Positions 25,427 through 39,887 are shown, counted from the stretch's first letter. The stretch: DNA of 64,000 nt from Octopus vulgaris (GCA_951406725.2 OX597814.1:97216001-97280000); one strand, 5' to 3'. The notes: a model not told the origin generated them from the letters alone. Translations and numbers: made by a program.

Positions 25427-27414
25427 ATCTGAAGGATACGTTTCGGTATGATTACCAATCTGTTCTTGTTTTAATTCTTCAAGTTCTGATTCCTTGTCAC
25501 TCATGCTGACATTGTGCTTTGGTGAATTTTGAAATAACACGACTGAATGATGTTCAGGTGAGTTTTCCATTGATACGCTTGCATTATGTTCGGGTGAGTT
25601 TTTCATCGATGCACTTGCATTGTGTTCAGGTGAGTTTTTCATCGATACACTTACATTATGTTCAGGTGAGTTTTTCATTGATAGACTTGCATTATGCTCA
25701 GGTGAGTTTTTCATTGATGCACTTGCATTGTGTTCAGGTGAGTTTTTCATTGATACACTTGCATTATGTTCAGGTGAATTTTTCATTGATACACTTGCAT
25801 TATGCTCAGGTGAATTTTTCATTGATACACTTGCATTATGCTCTGGTGAATTTTTCATTGATACACTTGCATTATGCTCAGGTGAATTTTTCATTGATAC
25901 ACTAGCATTATGCTCAGGTGAATTTTTCATTGATACACTAGCATTATTCTCAGGTGAATTTTTCATTGATACACTTGCATTATGCTCAGGTGAATTTTTC
26001 ATTGATACACTTGCATTATGCTCAGGTGAATTTTTCACTGACACTCTTCCATTATGTTCAGGTGAGTTTTTACTAAATACATTTGTATTATGTTCAGGTG
26101 AATTCTTCATCAAAACATATGCATTGCTATCCGGTGATTTCTTAACTAACACATTCATAGGATTTTTTGATGAATTCTTAATCAAAATACATTGATTGTT
26201 CTCAGGAGAATTTTTCACCAGCATGCTTGTAGTCTTCATCAATGAACTGTCAGGATTGTCAGGTGACCTCATTACCAAAACATTTGCATTGCTTCCAGAT
26301 AAACTCTTAATCTTTAGACCTGTATTACCATTGGATAAATTGTCACCCAACAAATTAGTATTGTCAGGTGAGCTTTTAGTAAGTGCATCTATATTGCTTT
26401 CATTTGAATTTTTGCGTTCAAATAAATTTTTTCCTCGAAGTCCATCTGAAGATGCTTTACCTAATATAGGCTTGATTTTATCTTTGCTTGACTTATTTAC
26501 TTTCTCCAAACTTTGTGGAACAGGAACTGCTTTCCTTTTGATACTTGATTTCAGGGCTTTATTTGGTATCTTGTATAGCTTGTCTGGGATATTTTCTTCT
26601 TTTTGTAGCATCCGTTCATCTGCACATTTTTGAGGATCACTATCAATTTTGACATTCAGTTTGTCTTTTTTTAACATTGTGACTTTCTTTAATTCAACAT
26701 TTTCAACATTCTTTGCTCCGGTTGGACTCACAGGAGAACTTGCTGCCCTTGTATCTTTTCTGTATTCTTTTTGTCGAACAATTTGATCATTTTTTTCCAC
26801 TAAAATATTTGGTTCAAGTTTAGGAAATGAATAGTCTTGTTGTGGAAGGGATTGATTGTCTTCTGTATTTTTTATTCTGTCCAATTTGACTGAGTTGATA
26901 AAATTGTCTATATCAGGAGCCGCTTTTTGGTTCACTTTACTTTTGTCTGCTGAATTCATTACTTCAGGATGTTTTTCAAATTGTACTTCACATATGCCAT
27001 TGGTAGCTTCGTAAGTACGTAAGGACCCCTCATTTTCTGCATAATCAAATGTAAGTTCTTTACTGAATCTACATTTTGGCATTTTATTTTCTAATGTCTT
27101 ACTTTTACGCAGTTCTTCTCGGCTGTCAGCCATTTTAACTTTTTCCATTGATCCTCGGTAATCACTAACACTATGTTCACTATGCAAGCTTGTTCTGTCC
27201 AAACTTATGGTGCTGCTTTGACTGAAGATGCTATTGTGACTCATCCTGACATTTTGCCAAGAAGCACCATTTGCATTATTTAAATCAGCATTTCTTGAAT
27301 CTGTCTGAGTCGCAACATCATGCATCTGTACTTTGATCTGATTCCTTGGTACAATAATTATTTCATCATCAGAATGCTCATAAAGTAATGGACGAGTTAA
27401 TCTCTCTGTGGAAC
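25427..27414 (-). CDS. Giant 1988-nt exon of the SLC6 C-terminal tail (low complexity, repeat-containing)
   Basis: Acceptor TTATAG|GT at 27414 (phase 1), stop-free for 662 codons, donor GAT|GTAAGT at 25427. Confidence 0.82.
25496..26215 (-). repeat. Coding minisatellite, 36-bp unit (KNSPEHNASVSM), 20 in-register units
   Basis: 13 near-identical units at 25568-26035, with 2 diverged units on the low side and 5 on the high side. Confidence 0.95.
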
Positions 27415-27620
27415 CTATAAGAGAAAATTAGCATGAAATCTTATATTTATTATTTTAATACATCCATCCAGCCAGCCAGCCATACATCCATATATCCATA
27501 CATACATAGGCTCGTTAGCTTTGGCAGAGACAAAATTGATCCTCAAACGCAGAACCATTCACATGGCAAAAATCTACTGGCCAATTGCATGCCATAACTT
27601 AATGTATAAGATACATACAT

Positions 27621-27850
27621 ATTTCTTTATTACCCACAAGGGGCTAAACACAGAGAGGACAAACAAGGACAGACATAGGTATTAAGTCGATTACATCGAC
27701 CCCAGTGCATAACTGCTACTTAATTTATCGACCCTGAAAGGATGAAAGGCAAAGTCGACCTCAGCAGAATTTGAGCTCAGAACGTAACGACAGACGAAAT
27801 ACTGCTAAGCATTTCACCTGGCGTGCTAACGTTTCTGCCAGCTCGCCGTA
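27621..27850 (-). mobile_element. tRNA-derived SINE (GGCGAGCTGGCAGAAACGTTAGC family)
   Basis: Same family as 44438-44670 and the 56445-59300 cluster. Confidence 0.75.
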
Positions 27851-27869
27851 TAAGATACATACAGTATGC

Positions 27870-28800
27870 TTAATCCTCTTCCCCCAGGACCATTGTGAAA
27901 CCAATAACATCATCACAGCAGAACAAGCAGCTGGGAATAAGAGTGTCTGGGGATGTGCTGAGCAATTGTTAATCAACAAAACTGTGATGTCAGAGGTGCA
28001 AGAGCATAGGAGGAACCTAATTATAATGAGGCTAGACTACAAGAAAGCTTTTGACTCTGTTCCCCACTCATGGATGTTACAAGCCCTTCAACTTGCTAAA
28101 GTTCCAGTGAGAATAGTCAAAGCCATAGCTGACCTGACTTCATCATGGGCCACCATCTTGAAATTAAGCACAAAGTATGACTGTATTATCACTGATAGAA
28201 TACAGTATCACAAAGGCATATTCCAAGGGGACAGCCTCTGTGATATTTATACTTTCTGTAAACTCCTTGTCATTCATGTTAAGGAAATCTGTAGGATATC
28301 TCACTGATTCCCAAGGAGACATGATGTTGTAGCTGGGACACAGTAATGAAATCCATCGGAAGGATAATCCTGAGGACAAAGAAATAAGAACCCACAATAT
28401 ATCAGAAGTCACAGCCACTCATAATAAAAAGGAATACTGGTGGAATGTACCAGGGAAGACCTCAATAAAATATAAGCACAACAGACCTGATATAATGATT
28501 TGGGATAAGAAGAGAAGCTGTACACAGTTGTGGAAATTAGCTGCCCATTGAATGTGAAAAAGAAAACACCTATGCTGAACTATTGAGAAATTTGCAGTTA
28601 CGCTATCCAGATTACAAGTTCAAATTTATACCTGTAATTATTGAGGCCCTGGGATATGTAACACACTGCTAAAATATCAATCTTGAGAAATTAGGCTTCT
28701 CAAAACCAGAAAGGAGACAGCTAATTCAAAGACTACAGATCCAATCCATCACTGGAACTGTAAAAATCTGTAAAACTTTCCAGAAGTTTATCATTTAAAT
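27870..28800 (+). mobile_element. R4/Dong-like LINE remnant (RT plus endonuclease, internally deleted)
   Basis: LDYKKAFDSVPHSW, GIFQGDSL and KHNRPDIMIWD motifs; frameshifted. Confidence 0.8.
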
Positions 28801-28889
28801 ATATATGAGCATGGCTAGATATGCAAGTATATCCATGAAAATACATACATAAAGCAAAACATGCAAATCTGCACATATGCATACATACA

Positions 28890-28922
<33 letters not shown>

Positions 28923-29299
28923 GTGTATATACTGTTGCATCTTGGGAGGGTCATTACACCAATAATAACAAACACATTAACTGGTTCAATATCACTTCTT
29001 TATTGTTATTCAATTGGTTAAATATTTAACCAACTAACTAATTGATTGCTTGTTTAACTTGCAGGTTATACAACTGATTGATTGCTTGTTTAATGTGCTG
29101 GTTAAAGAATTAATCTGTTGTTTGTCAAAGTTCTTTCATAATTATTTGCTATCTCATCAATAACATACCCTCTCTTCAAGGTCTGCAAGAATATTGCAAA
29201 CCAAATGCAAAAACGATATATCTGTATCAAAGTTGATAATGTAATTTTGCATAGATTATGAAACAACTGTAACCTTTACAGGCATATTAAAACTCTTTG

Positions 29300-29940
29300 C
29301 CTCTCCATGAAGCTAGCCCTGAATGAGGACTTTCACTGCTACTCATACAAGAGATGCAAGGGACAAATTCTGACAGCTAATGCCAAGGGGAACTACTTGA
29401 CAAAGGCAAAGAAGCTCCTGAATAAGCTGAGGTATCCTGTTGAGCTGAGGATGATCTGGTTCTTCTCAGATGAAAAGAGCTTCTGCTAGAATCAGTTGCA
29501 CAACACCCAGAACAACAGATGACTTGCCTACAATCCATGTGATGTCCCATGTATCATGAAAACCAAGTTCCCTCAAACTATGATGGTCTTTGGGGTGTAT
29601 CTCTAGTGAGAGTGATGTCATGCCACCCCAAATCTTTGAACAGGGCCTTGGGCTCAATTAAGATGGCTATGTGAAGCTGTTGGAGACTGTAGTCAAAATT
29701 TGGCTACAGAAGGTTACTGTTAGAAAGCTATATGTGAGGCAGCAGGGTTCAGCATGTTGTCAAACCTCCCAGAAAGAGTCAGTAGTGGAGAATTTCTCTG
29801 ATTTCACCAACCTCAATTTCTGACCCCCTCCCCACCAGGGATTGTCATCCCATGGATTACTATGCATGTGTTGCAGTTGGGAAAGACACCAACTGCTTTG
29901 CCTGCAACACCAAGGCTGAGCTGGTGGCTAAGATCGAGAA
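29300..29940 (+). mobile_element. Tc1/mariner transposase remnant
   Basis: IWFFSDEKSF, KTKFPQTMMVFG and a CHPMDYY-like motif, with stops. Confidence 0.7.
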
Positions 29941-30242
29941 CATAGTGCTCCAGCATGGCCACTGTCCAATGAATGAAAACAGGAAAAGATACAAATAAAA
30001 GATAATAGTGACTTAACTGAAAATATATTTAAACAGAATTAGGAACATGCCATGCAGTCTGCAGAATAAATAAGTGGAATGAATATCCAAGTAACTATGG
30101 TAACAAATGTAACACCACAGACTTTGATTTGTACCTTTGATTTGTTTTTAAACTGAGTGTCCTTGCACTTTTTATAAGAAATTTGCCAGATCCTTATATT
30201 TTAATAATTAATAAAAAAAATTGCATATACATTAATACTTAC

Positions 30243-30410
30243 CAGCAGAAGAATTGCATTGAGGATTGCTGTATGCATGGTTTAGTATTGCTCTTTGGCG
30301 CATATCTAATTGCTTGCGATTACGAGCTAATTTTGGTGATAAGGATATCAAACTTGTTGTTTCAGACAAACTTGGGACCCGAATACCAGAGGTAGTGAAT
30401 TCAACGTGAT
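30243..30410 (-). CDS. SLC6 C-tail exon (not in the ORF track)
   Basis: TGTTTAG|DHVEFTTSGIRVPSLSETTSLISLSPKLARNRKQLDMRQRAILNHAYSNPQCNSSA|GTAAGT; 168 nt, phase 1-1, links 41831 to 27414. Confidence 0.8.
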
Positions 30411-30796
30411 CTAAACATATTTAAAATAAATCTATTAGACATTGGTGCAAAAATTCATTAGATAATTCTTTATTAGAAAATTCATGCACAAACATAATGT
30501 CATAATATCAACAATGTAATTAGGAAATGATGAAGGATGATATAAAACCAGAAGAAATCTGTTAATTTGTGAGAAAACATTTTAGACATATATGAATAAA
30601 TTTCAAGTTATTTAACGGATAAATCTGCTTTTATATGTGTATAGAACTCCGCTTAGTTTTTAAAGGCTGAAATAATCTTGAATGAAACTAAATGACCTAA
30701 ATTTCTTTCAATGTAAACATTTTCTTTCTACTGGCACACACAACGCGATGTCTTTGATCAGAATTATAACAACTATAAATGCGTGTTAAAAATACC

Positions 30797-31193
30797 GGAT
30801 CTTTTCGCTTTGATCGGCAGATTTTTAAAATTTCTTTGCAACTAAAAAATTTGAAACTTCATATACCGGTAGAATGTGTTTATAAAACATCTTTTTCTCT
30901 TAGCTTTCTTGAGAAAAATTTGTAGTTTGTAAGCTATTTCTTGTTTATTTTCTTGCATTTCGGCAATTTCAACCAATCAATGACGTCTATTGAGGTGAAT
31001 TCAATATCTCCGGAGCATTGTCAACAACACTAATTTCTGGTGTCATATGAAATTGTCCCTGTTATTTATGAGAAAAAAGATACCCTGTGGCCATAAACTG
31101 AGGGGTCACATATTCTACCGGTATACGAAGTTTAAAAGTGTTTAGTTACAAAGAAATTATTTTAAAAATCTGCCAGTCAAAGCGAAAAGATCC
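30797..31193. mobile_element. Second GGATC-terminal MITE (Merlin-like)
   Basis: TIR GGATCTTTTCGCTTTGA / TCAAAGCGAAAAGATCC; TSD AAAATACC at 30789-30796 and 31194-31201; related to 3832-4237. Confidence 0.85.
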
Positions 31194-31564
31194 AAAATAC
31201 CATATATAACTTTGGAGCTGTAAAATTGAAATGTAGATATAATTTTCTCTGAGTAAGAGCTTTATATAGATTCTTATTCAGGACTATTTGCTAGTTGCAT
31301 AAATTAGTCATTAACTACTAAGTTAAACTTAATGGAAGTAATTTTAGTGAGTCTTTTACTCTGTCATTGATCATAGTTACTGGATTGCAGTCATGCTGCA
31401 GTACGATTATCAAAGGTTTTAGTTGGTCATTTAGGTCCCAATACTTTGTGTAGTATTTGTTTTATTGGTCAGATGAGAGGAAAGCAAAAATTGATCTGGA
31501 CAAGTTTTGAGCTCAGAATGTAAATGGGTGTAATTAGATACCAAAAATATTTTGTCCAGCCTGA

Positions 31565-31567
<3 letters not shown>

Positions 31568-31618
<51 letters not shown>

Positions 31619-31621
31619 ACA

Positions 31622-31676
<55 letters not shown>

Positions 31677-31705
31677 ATATCTATCTAACTATCTATCTAT
31701 CCACC

Positions 31706-31739
<34 letters not shown>

Positions 31740-31870
31740 TCTAGCATTACAGCTCGTGAGCTGAAACTAGAATCAATCAATCAATCAATATATATATATA
31801 TATATATACACATATATATCTAATTACACACACACATACACACACACATATATATATATATATACATATA
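31568..31870. repeat. Compound microsatellite (GT)n/(ATCT)n/(AT)n
   Basis: Directly visible. Confidence 0.95.
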
Positions 31871-34449
31871 GTACTAATTAATGACTGGACTCAAACCTCC
31901 TCGACTCAAGCCTACTTGTCTTTCCTCTGTCTTTCTCATCTCGCCTCTGACCTACTTGTCTCTCCTTTGTCTTCCTCCTTTCTTCACCTCTCATTTTCCT
32001 TGTTGCATCCACTCCTCCAGCCCTACACTAATCATTATAGCCAGCTCTTCCCACCTAGAACATTGATCCTCTGGAATCTTCTCTCTGCTCATGTGTTTCC
32101 TACAGGTGTTGGCCTGCAATATGCTAAACAGAACATTAATGGCATCAGGATCACTGGTCTTGGAGGATCTACAAAGCTCATGGTTGCTTCCAGACTGAGT
32201 AAGTAAAAACAAAATGCCATAACTATTCAGTTGCTATATTATAGCAAAACCATCAATGTAGACTGTAATATAACAGACTAATAATACCTTATGAACCTAA
32301 GCCCAAATTGGATAAGATGGATACATTTCATAAAAAGCAAAAATAGTTTTCAAAGTGCAGACTATTATAATCAACCAAACTTAATTATTTTTTTAATTAA
32401 ATTCTTACAGGGCATTAGTTAGGTTGCATTTATAAATTTCTAGTTTTTGCAAGTTCTCTGTTTTTACCACCCAGATAATAAATTAAATATATTCATAATC
32501 AAGTGTCTAATTATTTGAGTTAAACTGTGTGTGTACATATCTAAGTTGATATTAAAAAATGCAACTAAAAACAGACTTGAATGAGGATGTTTTTGCTTTG
32601 ATTTCACAAATCATTTATTTTCTTAGATATTTTATTAGCATAATTATACTATTAAATATATTAATAACTAAATATATTGTCATATTTTCATTAAAATTCT
32701 TTCAGTTTCACATAAAGAAATCATATATTTATGTCAGAATGCAAATATCTAACATTTTAATTTTTACACTCACCACTAATGTTAATTAAATAACAGCTGA
32801 AAACAAACTTTTACAAACATGTTTGTGACTCAGGTTTATAATTATTTGTGCATTTACAGAAACAAAGCTAACATGCAAAAAAAAAAAAAAATTAAAAATT
32901 AAAATTAAGCTGAAGTGAAATAAGTTTGTGCCCAGTAGAAAAATCAAGATTAATTCAGTGAAAAGAGTTAAGTGAGTCAATTATAATTTGTAGAGAATAT
33001 TGTTTTAAAAAACTAATAAATGGTTATAAATTCCACAGATGATTTAAATTCAGAAACATGGCAAAAGAAAATAAACACATCAAAAACACTTCAGACCAGT
33101 GCTCTACTGCCTCAGTCATTTCTACTGTTTCTTTGTAGAGAATATTAAATATAAACTGTTGTTCTGGGGTCTAGTTTTGAAAGTTAAGTAATTTCATGTC
33201 ATAAACACAACACTCATGCATACATATACATATATACAAACACCACAATCACAGAACCCATACATATATAGCATGTCATTCATATAGAGTTGCCAAAAAT
33301 TTTAATATACTATAAATTTGTAAGAAAGAAATTTGGTACATGATACTAGTAAATTAAGTAAATTTTCATGATTTACTTGTTTTGATGTATGATAAAAGAT
33401 TGTTCCCAATTCAAGGAAAGTTAGCTTTATGAGAGTTTAGGAATATAGAATATGAGAGGTGTGTTTATAAAATATGTTTTAAATACAGAAATATAAATGG
33501 AAAAGTATAAAGAATTTTTTTCGATTTCTGTATTGTAAAATGCAACAGATTGCTGGGTCAAAAGAAATGTAGAGTCATAGAGGCAAAGAGTAGAAGTCAA
33601 TTATTATGGCATAAACACAACTCAGAGAGGATCAACACAGTTATGTTAGATAAAAATTTTGAAACATGGAATATTGGACTGATGAATGATTGAAAGACAG
33701 GGGTTGATGCATCAAGGTGTCAACTAGAAGATGGGTTGATTCCCATGAAATTCTCAATTTTGACTTGCTTTCAGATGTGATAAGGATATGCATCCATAAC
33801 TGGTTTAAATATTGAAATGTAGAATATTTTATATCAGTAGATATAATAATTGCAACAGTAGAGATAAAGTAGTAATTTAATAATTTAAACAAAAATAAAT
33901 TTTATGAGGCTTGTACTACTTTTTAATTTTCGCAAGTAAATTCTTGTTGATAGAATCAACATCTCACCTTAGAGATGCATTACTTGATGTTGTTTACTTC
34001 TGAGTGTTGGGAAGGTTACTGTACTCTGACCAGACTACTAAGAAAACCGGTGGCCAAATGATCAAGCATGGTTTTATTTACATCTGTGAAACTTCAAGTA
34101 ATGCATCCCTAATATCAATTTGTCAACATAAATATTCAAACTCCATGTCACAGATATTGAGCAATTTTATGCCTTTTTTGTGATGTTTATATATATATAT
34201 ATATATATACACATATATATATATATATGAGATGGGTGCAAAACAAGTTCCTGGTGTTGTGAAAGGTCTGGTTAGAGACCCAACCTCCTGAGTTCTTTTA
34301 CAGGGATTAGAAAATCTGAAGGACCACTGCAATAAGTGTGTGTGAATCTCAGGGGAATATGTTAAATAAAATCATAATTAACTGATCCTCCTGTATTTTC
34401 TTTTATCCAAAGCCAAAAACTTTTCAGTTCCACCTCTTGAGTGTGTACA

Positions 34450-34610
<161 letters not shown>

Positions 34611-35795
34611 CACATATATAAATAAATATAGATATTTATACAAATAAATTATATGCATAAATCATGGACATTGAATTATGATGAAGATATACTCTGAATA
34701 GTAGAATTAAAAAGCATTACTACATTTTAAGAATTTGTTTTTGATAACCTCTTTTTGTCTGAGGCAACGGATTGCTGAAGTAGACATATCTTTTTATCAA
34801 TAGAGTCTCACATAAGAATAAGGAAACCTTCTAGTAGTGTTTAATACCTAAGTTTGGATCCATTTCAAAATGTTTACTTGTTTTTGTTTGAGAGTAGATT
34901 TAAATTGAAAAAGCAAGACTTCTCATGTGAAAAATACTATTATAACAGAGTATATGATATCTTAAAACATTGCATCTTGTAAAAGTGTTAAAGTTCTAGC
35001 TATTTTTGGGAAGTCAAGGAATGATACAACTTTGCTATTTACATCACTAATAGTCGGCTGATGAGTGGTTGAGTTCAGATGCTCGGATGTCCATATTAAA
35101 AAAAGATTTATTATTATTTAGCATTACTGATTCATAGTTAGAAATGTTCCTATCCTGTCTACACTTCTGTAATATTACAGTAAAAGAAATGACAACTGTC
35201 CTCTTTGTTGCTCTTTAACTTTGACATTTTAACATTTTAACATTCTAAAAGTATTCTGACCTCAGGTTGCTTTCTTTACTATAAATATTAAAGAAGTATA
35301 GATACACTAAGGTCTTTCTTTAGTAATGAAAAATGTTGAATGCAATGTAGCTACTTCATATTTTACTGTAAAATATAAATACTAAGGTATTTGCAGATAT
35401 TAGCTTATATTTATGGAATTATGTTTGTAATGATTATGTATTATGTAGATATTGGTTAATATTTTATTGTTTATAAACTGATGTTTACTGTTGATACCAC
35501 TGTTGCATGTTGCATTTAATTTTTCAACTTTGGTTGTAATGCACATTTGCTATATGAAGTATGAATAAAATTGAATTGAAAATTAATTTTAGAATATACT
35601 AGAGTTGTCATGGTAAGATATCAGTAGTCCAACATGTTAGTATGGAAAATACAAAGCTGCAAATTAATTCTCATGATTCACTTCAGAACTTTGCAAATTT
35701 TAATTTATTAATTTATGTTCTAAAAGAATCCTTGTTAGCTAGCAGCCATTAGATTCATCAAAATGTAAATTTGACCACCATACCGATGTGAATTA

Positions 35796-36004
35796 CTATT
35801 GTACACATCGATAAAAAAAGGAAGCTTGACCTTTAGTGTCTTTGGGATTCCAAACTTGAGGCTGTAGAAAGTCCATTGATTCAGATCGAATGTCTAGATG
35901 GAGTTGTCTGGAAGGTTCTTTATCTGCATTCCTCATAACCTGCTTGTGCCGGCCATGATGCTTGATGGAGTGCAGTTCTAGTTGTGTTTTGTAAGTCCGT
36001 GCAC
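35796..36004 (-). CDS. Candidate alternative terminal exon of the SLC6 gene (short tail)
   Basis: Acceptor TCCGCTTCAG|GT in phase 1 with the donor at 41831; GARTYKTQLELHS...GQASFFYRCVQ*; AATAAA on minus at 35704-35709. Confidence 0.5.
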
Positions 36005-39000
36005 CTGAAGCGGACACATAAAATTATGCATATATATATGTAAACATATGTATACACACATGTACACAAGTATGGACACACACATATGGACACATATAGT
36101 TTAGTATATGTTGGTATCTGTTCCCCAGAAAAGGGAATAAAGCTGGAAACCAAATTGAATTATTTTATTATAAACTAAATCTTAAATTAATTTGCGTATA
36201 ATTGCATCTTTGAAAATGAATATCCAAAACATAATATAAGCCAATCTACAAGATAGATTAACTACAATTGAAAACTTACTCTCTAATAGCAATCAAATAG
36301 AGAGATAAATCTAAGACCATGCTATGATCACTTAAAAGAGTTTTCTCATTCAAATCCATGTTTATTATATTCAATATTATGATTAGCTCTTCACAATAAC
36401 CAAAGAACCGTTTCTCTAATCTACAGAACAAAACAGATCACATATTGATTGAAAAAAATAAAATACTGAAATTATAAAAATAAGGTAATACTAATTTATG
36501 TAAAAATCACCTGCAAAAACTTATATGTACATAATAACTTAGTAAAAATAATTTAATAAAAAAAAATTTACCCCAGTCAATGGGAAACCAGTATAAACAA
36601 AATTGCTTAGAAATTTGTCTAGTACTGCCTTATCACAAATCGTTAACCCACTTGCCATTTAAAGGGCTAAACATAGGGTATAAACTTTGAGTAAATTTTC
36701 TATGTTAACAAAAATGTTAGAATATACAAACAAAATAATGTGATGATGTTTATGGTTATAGAACTTAACAGAACAGAACTTTCCATGCTATTGTGTAATC
36801 TTGAAGATTTAGCATGGTGAACAATATATACCATTATGGTTATGTATCATGACAAGCTTACAAATCATGTACCTGCTTCAAACATACATTTTTTTCCAAG
36901 GTTTAAATTACACACATCTGCATGCATGTGTGCACACACATGCATGCATGCACACATGCACTCACATGTATGCAACATATGCACATGCACACACGAGCAT
37001 ACATGCATACACACACACACACACACTATCTCATACTCACATGCTCACATTTTTTAATGTTGTTCTAAAATATCAGCGCGAATTATGAAAAAGTATTTGA
37101 TATACTAACAATGGAAAAATTTCCAAAAAATGTGATCAAAGAAAAATGTTACATAAATAGACATGGCTGTATGATTAATATGCTTGCTGGTTTCAGGTTC
37201 AGTCTCACCACAAGGGCATCCTGGGATTTTACTATAGCCCTAGGCCAACCAATGCCTTGTGAGTGAATTTGGTACATGGAAGCCCATCATATGTGTGTCT
37301 TTGTGAGTTTTCCCCAATACTGCTTGATAATGGTATTAGTTTGTTTACATCCCTGTAACTCAGCAGTTTGACCCAAGTGACCAATACAATAGGCACCAGA
37401 CTTAAAAATAAGTAATGAAGTCAATATGTTTGACTCAACCTTCAAGCATTGTGACCAGCATAGTCGCAGTCCAGTGATAGAAACCAGTAAAAGATAATAG
37501 ATTTTCAGAGAATCAAAAAATGCTTTATTCTACATTAAAGATTAGGTAAGGTTGATTTTCAGTTGTTATCAGATGTAGACATAGCACTAGATTGGATTTG
37601 AACTTGGAGCCTTTATTTCTAAACTTAACGGTAGTAATGCTCACATCCATATGCCCAGTGCATGTACATGCATCCATGAGTAAAACATCTGATAATGATT
37701 GGAGAACAACCAATCAATATGTAATGAAAATTTAAAATATCTCTTATGTCTAAAGGTGAATATAATAGTCTCAAAAACTATAATTGTATTAGAAATAACT
37801 CATCTAAGGTATTTAAACATGTAATCATGTCATATGAATGACATTCAAAAATAGCATGTGGTCTACAAGTTAGGGTGTTTGACTCCCAGGCACTCATAAA
37901 GTAAGATCTTTATGATTGTCTTTTATTCAATCAATCAAGTTGAAGCATATAAAGATGCATACTATGCTCAACATAAAAGCTTACAGCTTAGGCTTGAACT
38001 AATAGTTATGGGATTTGTAGTTTAGTACCATAAATCTACAAACATTTCTCTTTCTCTCTTCCCCTCCCTCACCTATCTCTCCACTATCTGCTCCCTCCCC
38101 ATCTTACACAAAGAAAAATGTAATGTACATATAAAAGAGACAAAGTTAAAAATGCAATCTGTTTCCTGAGCTTCAAATATAGGAAATTTATTTCTAATTA
38201 ATTGTGCAGAATGAGTTGTCCAATATCTAGAAATGTAGGTGACAACAACTTCTCCCACCTATCAATTAACTTCTTATAAAAAAAGATCATATACTATAAA
38301 TGATTAATTTTGATTCAGCTATTGCATAGGTAAGTCAATATATATTGGTTCTATATTTAGAGCACCATTATTCTGCTATTGTTTTTTGGATAGTTTTCAA
38401 AACCTTTAATGATGTTTATGTGGAAGTTGTTAAGCTACTCTGTTTCATTATTGAAATTTTTTTCCCATTCTCTTTTTATTGCTTCATTCTTTTCCACAGT
38501 ATCACAACCACAACAATTACATCCCTCCCCTTTCACTGAAGAATGAGCACTTAACTGAACTGCTGGATAACCTACAGTTTTTCTAATCTTTCTCCCTCTA
38601 TTCCAATTACAGAACAAGAAAAATAAAAATTGCTTCTTTAGTTGTTTTAAAAGCAATTCATCCTGAAAGTTGGACACTCCAAAAAGAAACACCAGTGCAA
38701 TCAACATGCTTTTTGTCCTCATGTTCATAAGACTTGGGTTCCATAAGTTGTAATGAAAGCAACTGAGTACTATAGGTGCAGGCGTGGCTGTGTGATAAGA
38801 TGCTTGCTTCCCAATCACATGGTTCTAGGTTCAGTCCAACTGTGTGACACCTTGAGTGCATGTTTTCTACTATAGCCTTGGGCTGATAAAAGACTTCTGA
38901 TTGGAATTGGTAGATGGAAACTGAATGAAGCCTGTCGTAAATACACACACACACACACACACATACACACACACACACATATATATATATATATGTGTGT

Positions 39001-39011
39001 GTGCGTGTGTG

Positions 39012-39046
<35 letters not shown>

Positions 39047-39814
39047 ATGCATGTGTGTCATTGTGTATGTTTTTCCCCACCCCATAGCTTGACAACCGAT
39101 TTTGGTGTGTTTACGTCCCCATAACTTAGTGGTTCAGCCGAAGATTGATAGAATAAGTTCTACGCTTACAAAGAATAAGTCCTGGGGTCCACTTCTTCGA
39201 CTACAAAACCTATTCAGGCAGCGCTCCAGCATGGCCTCAGTCAAATGACAGAAACAGGTAAAAGAATAACTAGGAGAGCAGCTTCTATGAATTTAAACTT
39301 AAAAGGCATAGAAACGACTTTAAGACCTACAATATGGGATCACTTGTGTCAGTGGTTTTATAAATATTCTATTACACTCTGCTGCTGGTTGACAATAGGA
39401 AGGGCATCAGTTATAAAATCCCTGCTATTCTAACAAGACTGAAGAGATCTGTTATATCAGGAACACTTTAGAAGTAGAACCTGTACCAAGTGCCTCATCA
39501 TCGGTCACAACTTCCTTCTTTTCAGATCTTAATTTTAAGCTCCTTATCTGTCTATGCGACGCGAAGGTTTAACTTAGCGTATTTACTAGTTAGAAAGAAC
39601 TTTTAAATTTTTACTAGGGGAGGCAACTCTAAAGGCTTGTGTCAAGGTTATACAAAAGTCTTTTAGAATCAAGGGGAAATCACTCTGGAAATTTATTAAA
39701 AAAAAATTTATTACCTACTGTTTAAAATTCTGTGAAGAAATATTTTCCCTATGAGGGCTTAGGAAGAATATTTAATACCCGAAGTAGATTTCAGGAGTCA
39801 CAATCAGTCAGTCA

Positions 39815-39817
<3 letters not shown>

Positions 39818-39887
<70 letters not shown>

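Noticed and set aside
25568-26035. 36-bp repeat as a CRISPR array
   Set aside because: Units are contiguous with no unique spacers, no cas genes are present, and the DNA is eukaryotic coding sequence.
25568-26035. Repeated N-A-S sequons as a glycosylated extracellular domain
   Set aside because: SLC6 topology puts the post-TM12 tail in the cytoplasm and no extra TM segment is visible.
25519-26633. Plus-strand ORFs over the minisatellite (CSGEFFIDTLAL repeats etc.)
   Set aside because: Antisense shadows of the stop-free repeat; only the minus frame has splice sites linking it to a gene.
34016-34083. In-phase mini terminal exon DVNKTMLDHLATGFLSSLVRVQ*
   Set aside because: Weak acceptor and only 22 codons; expected by chance in an 11-kb intron.
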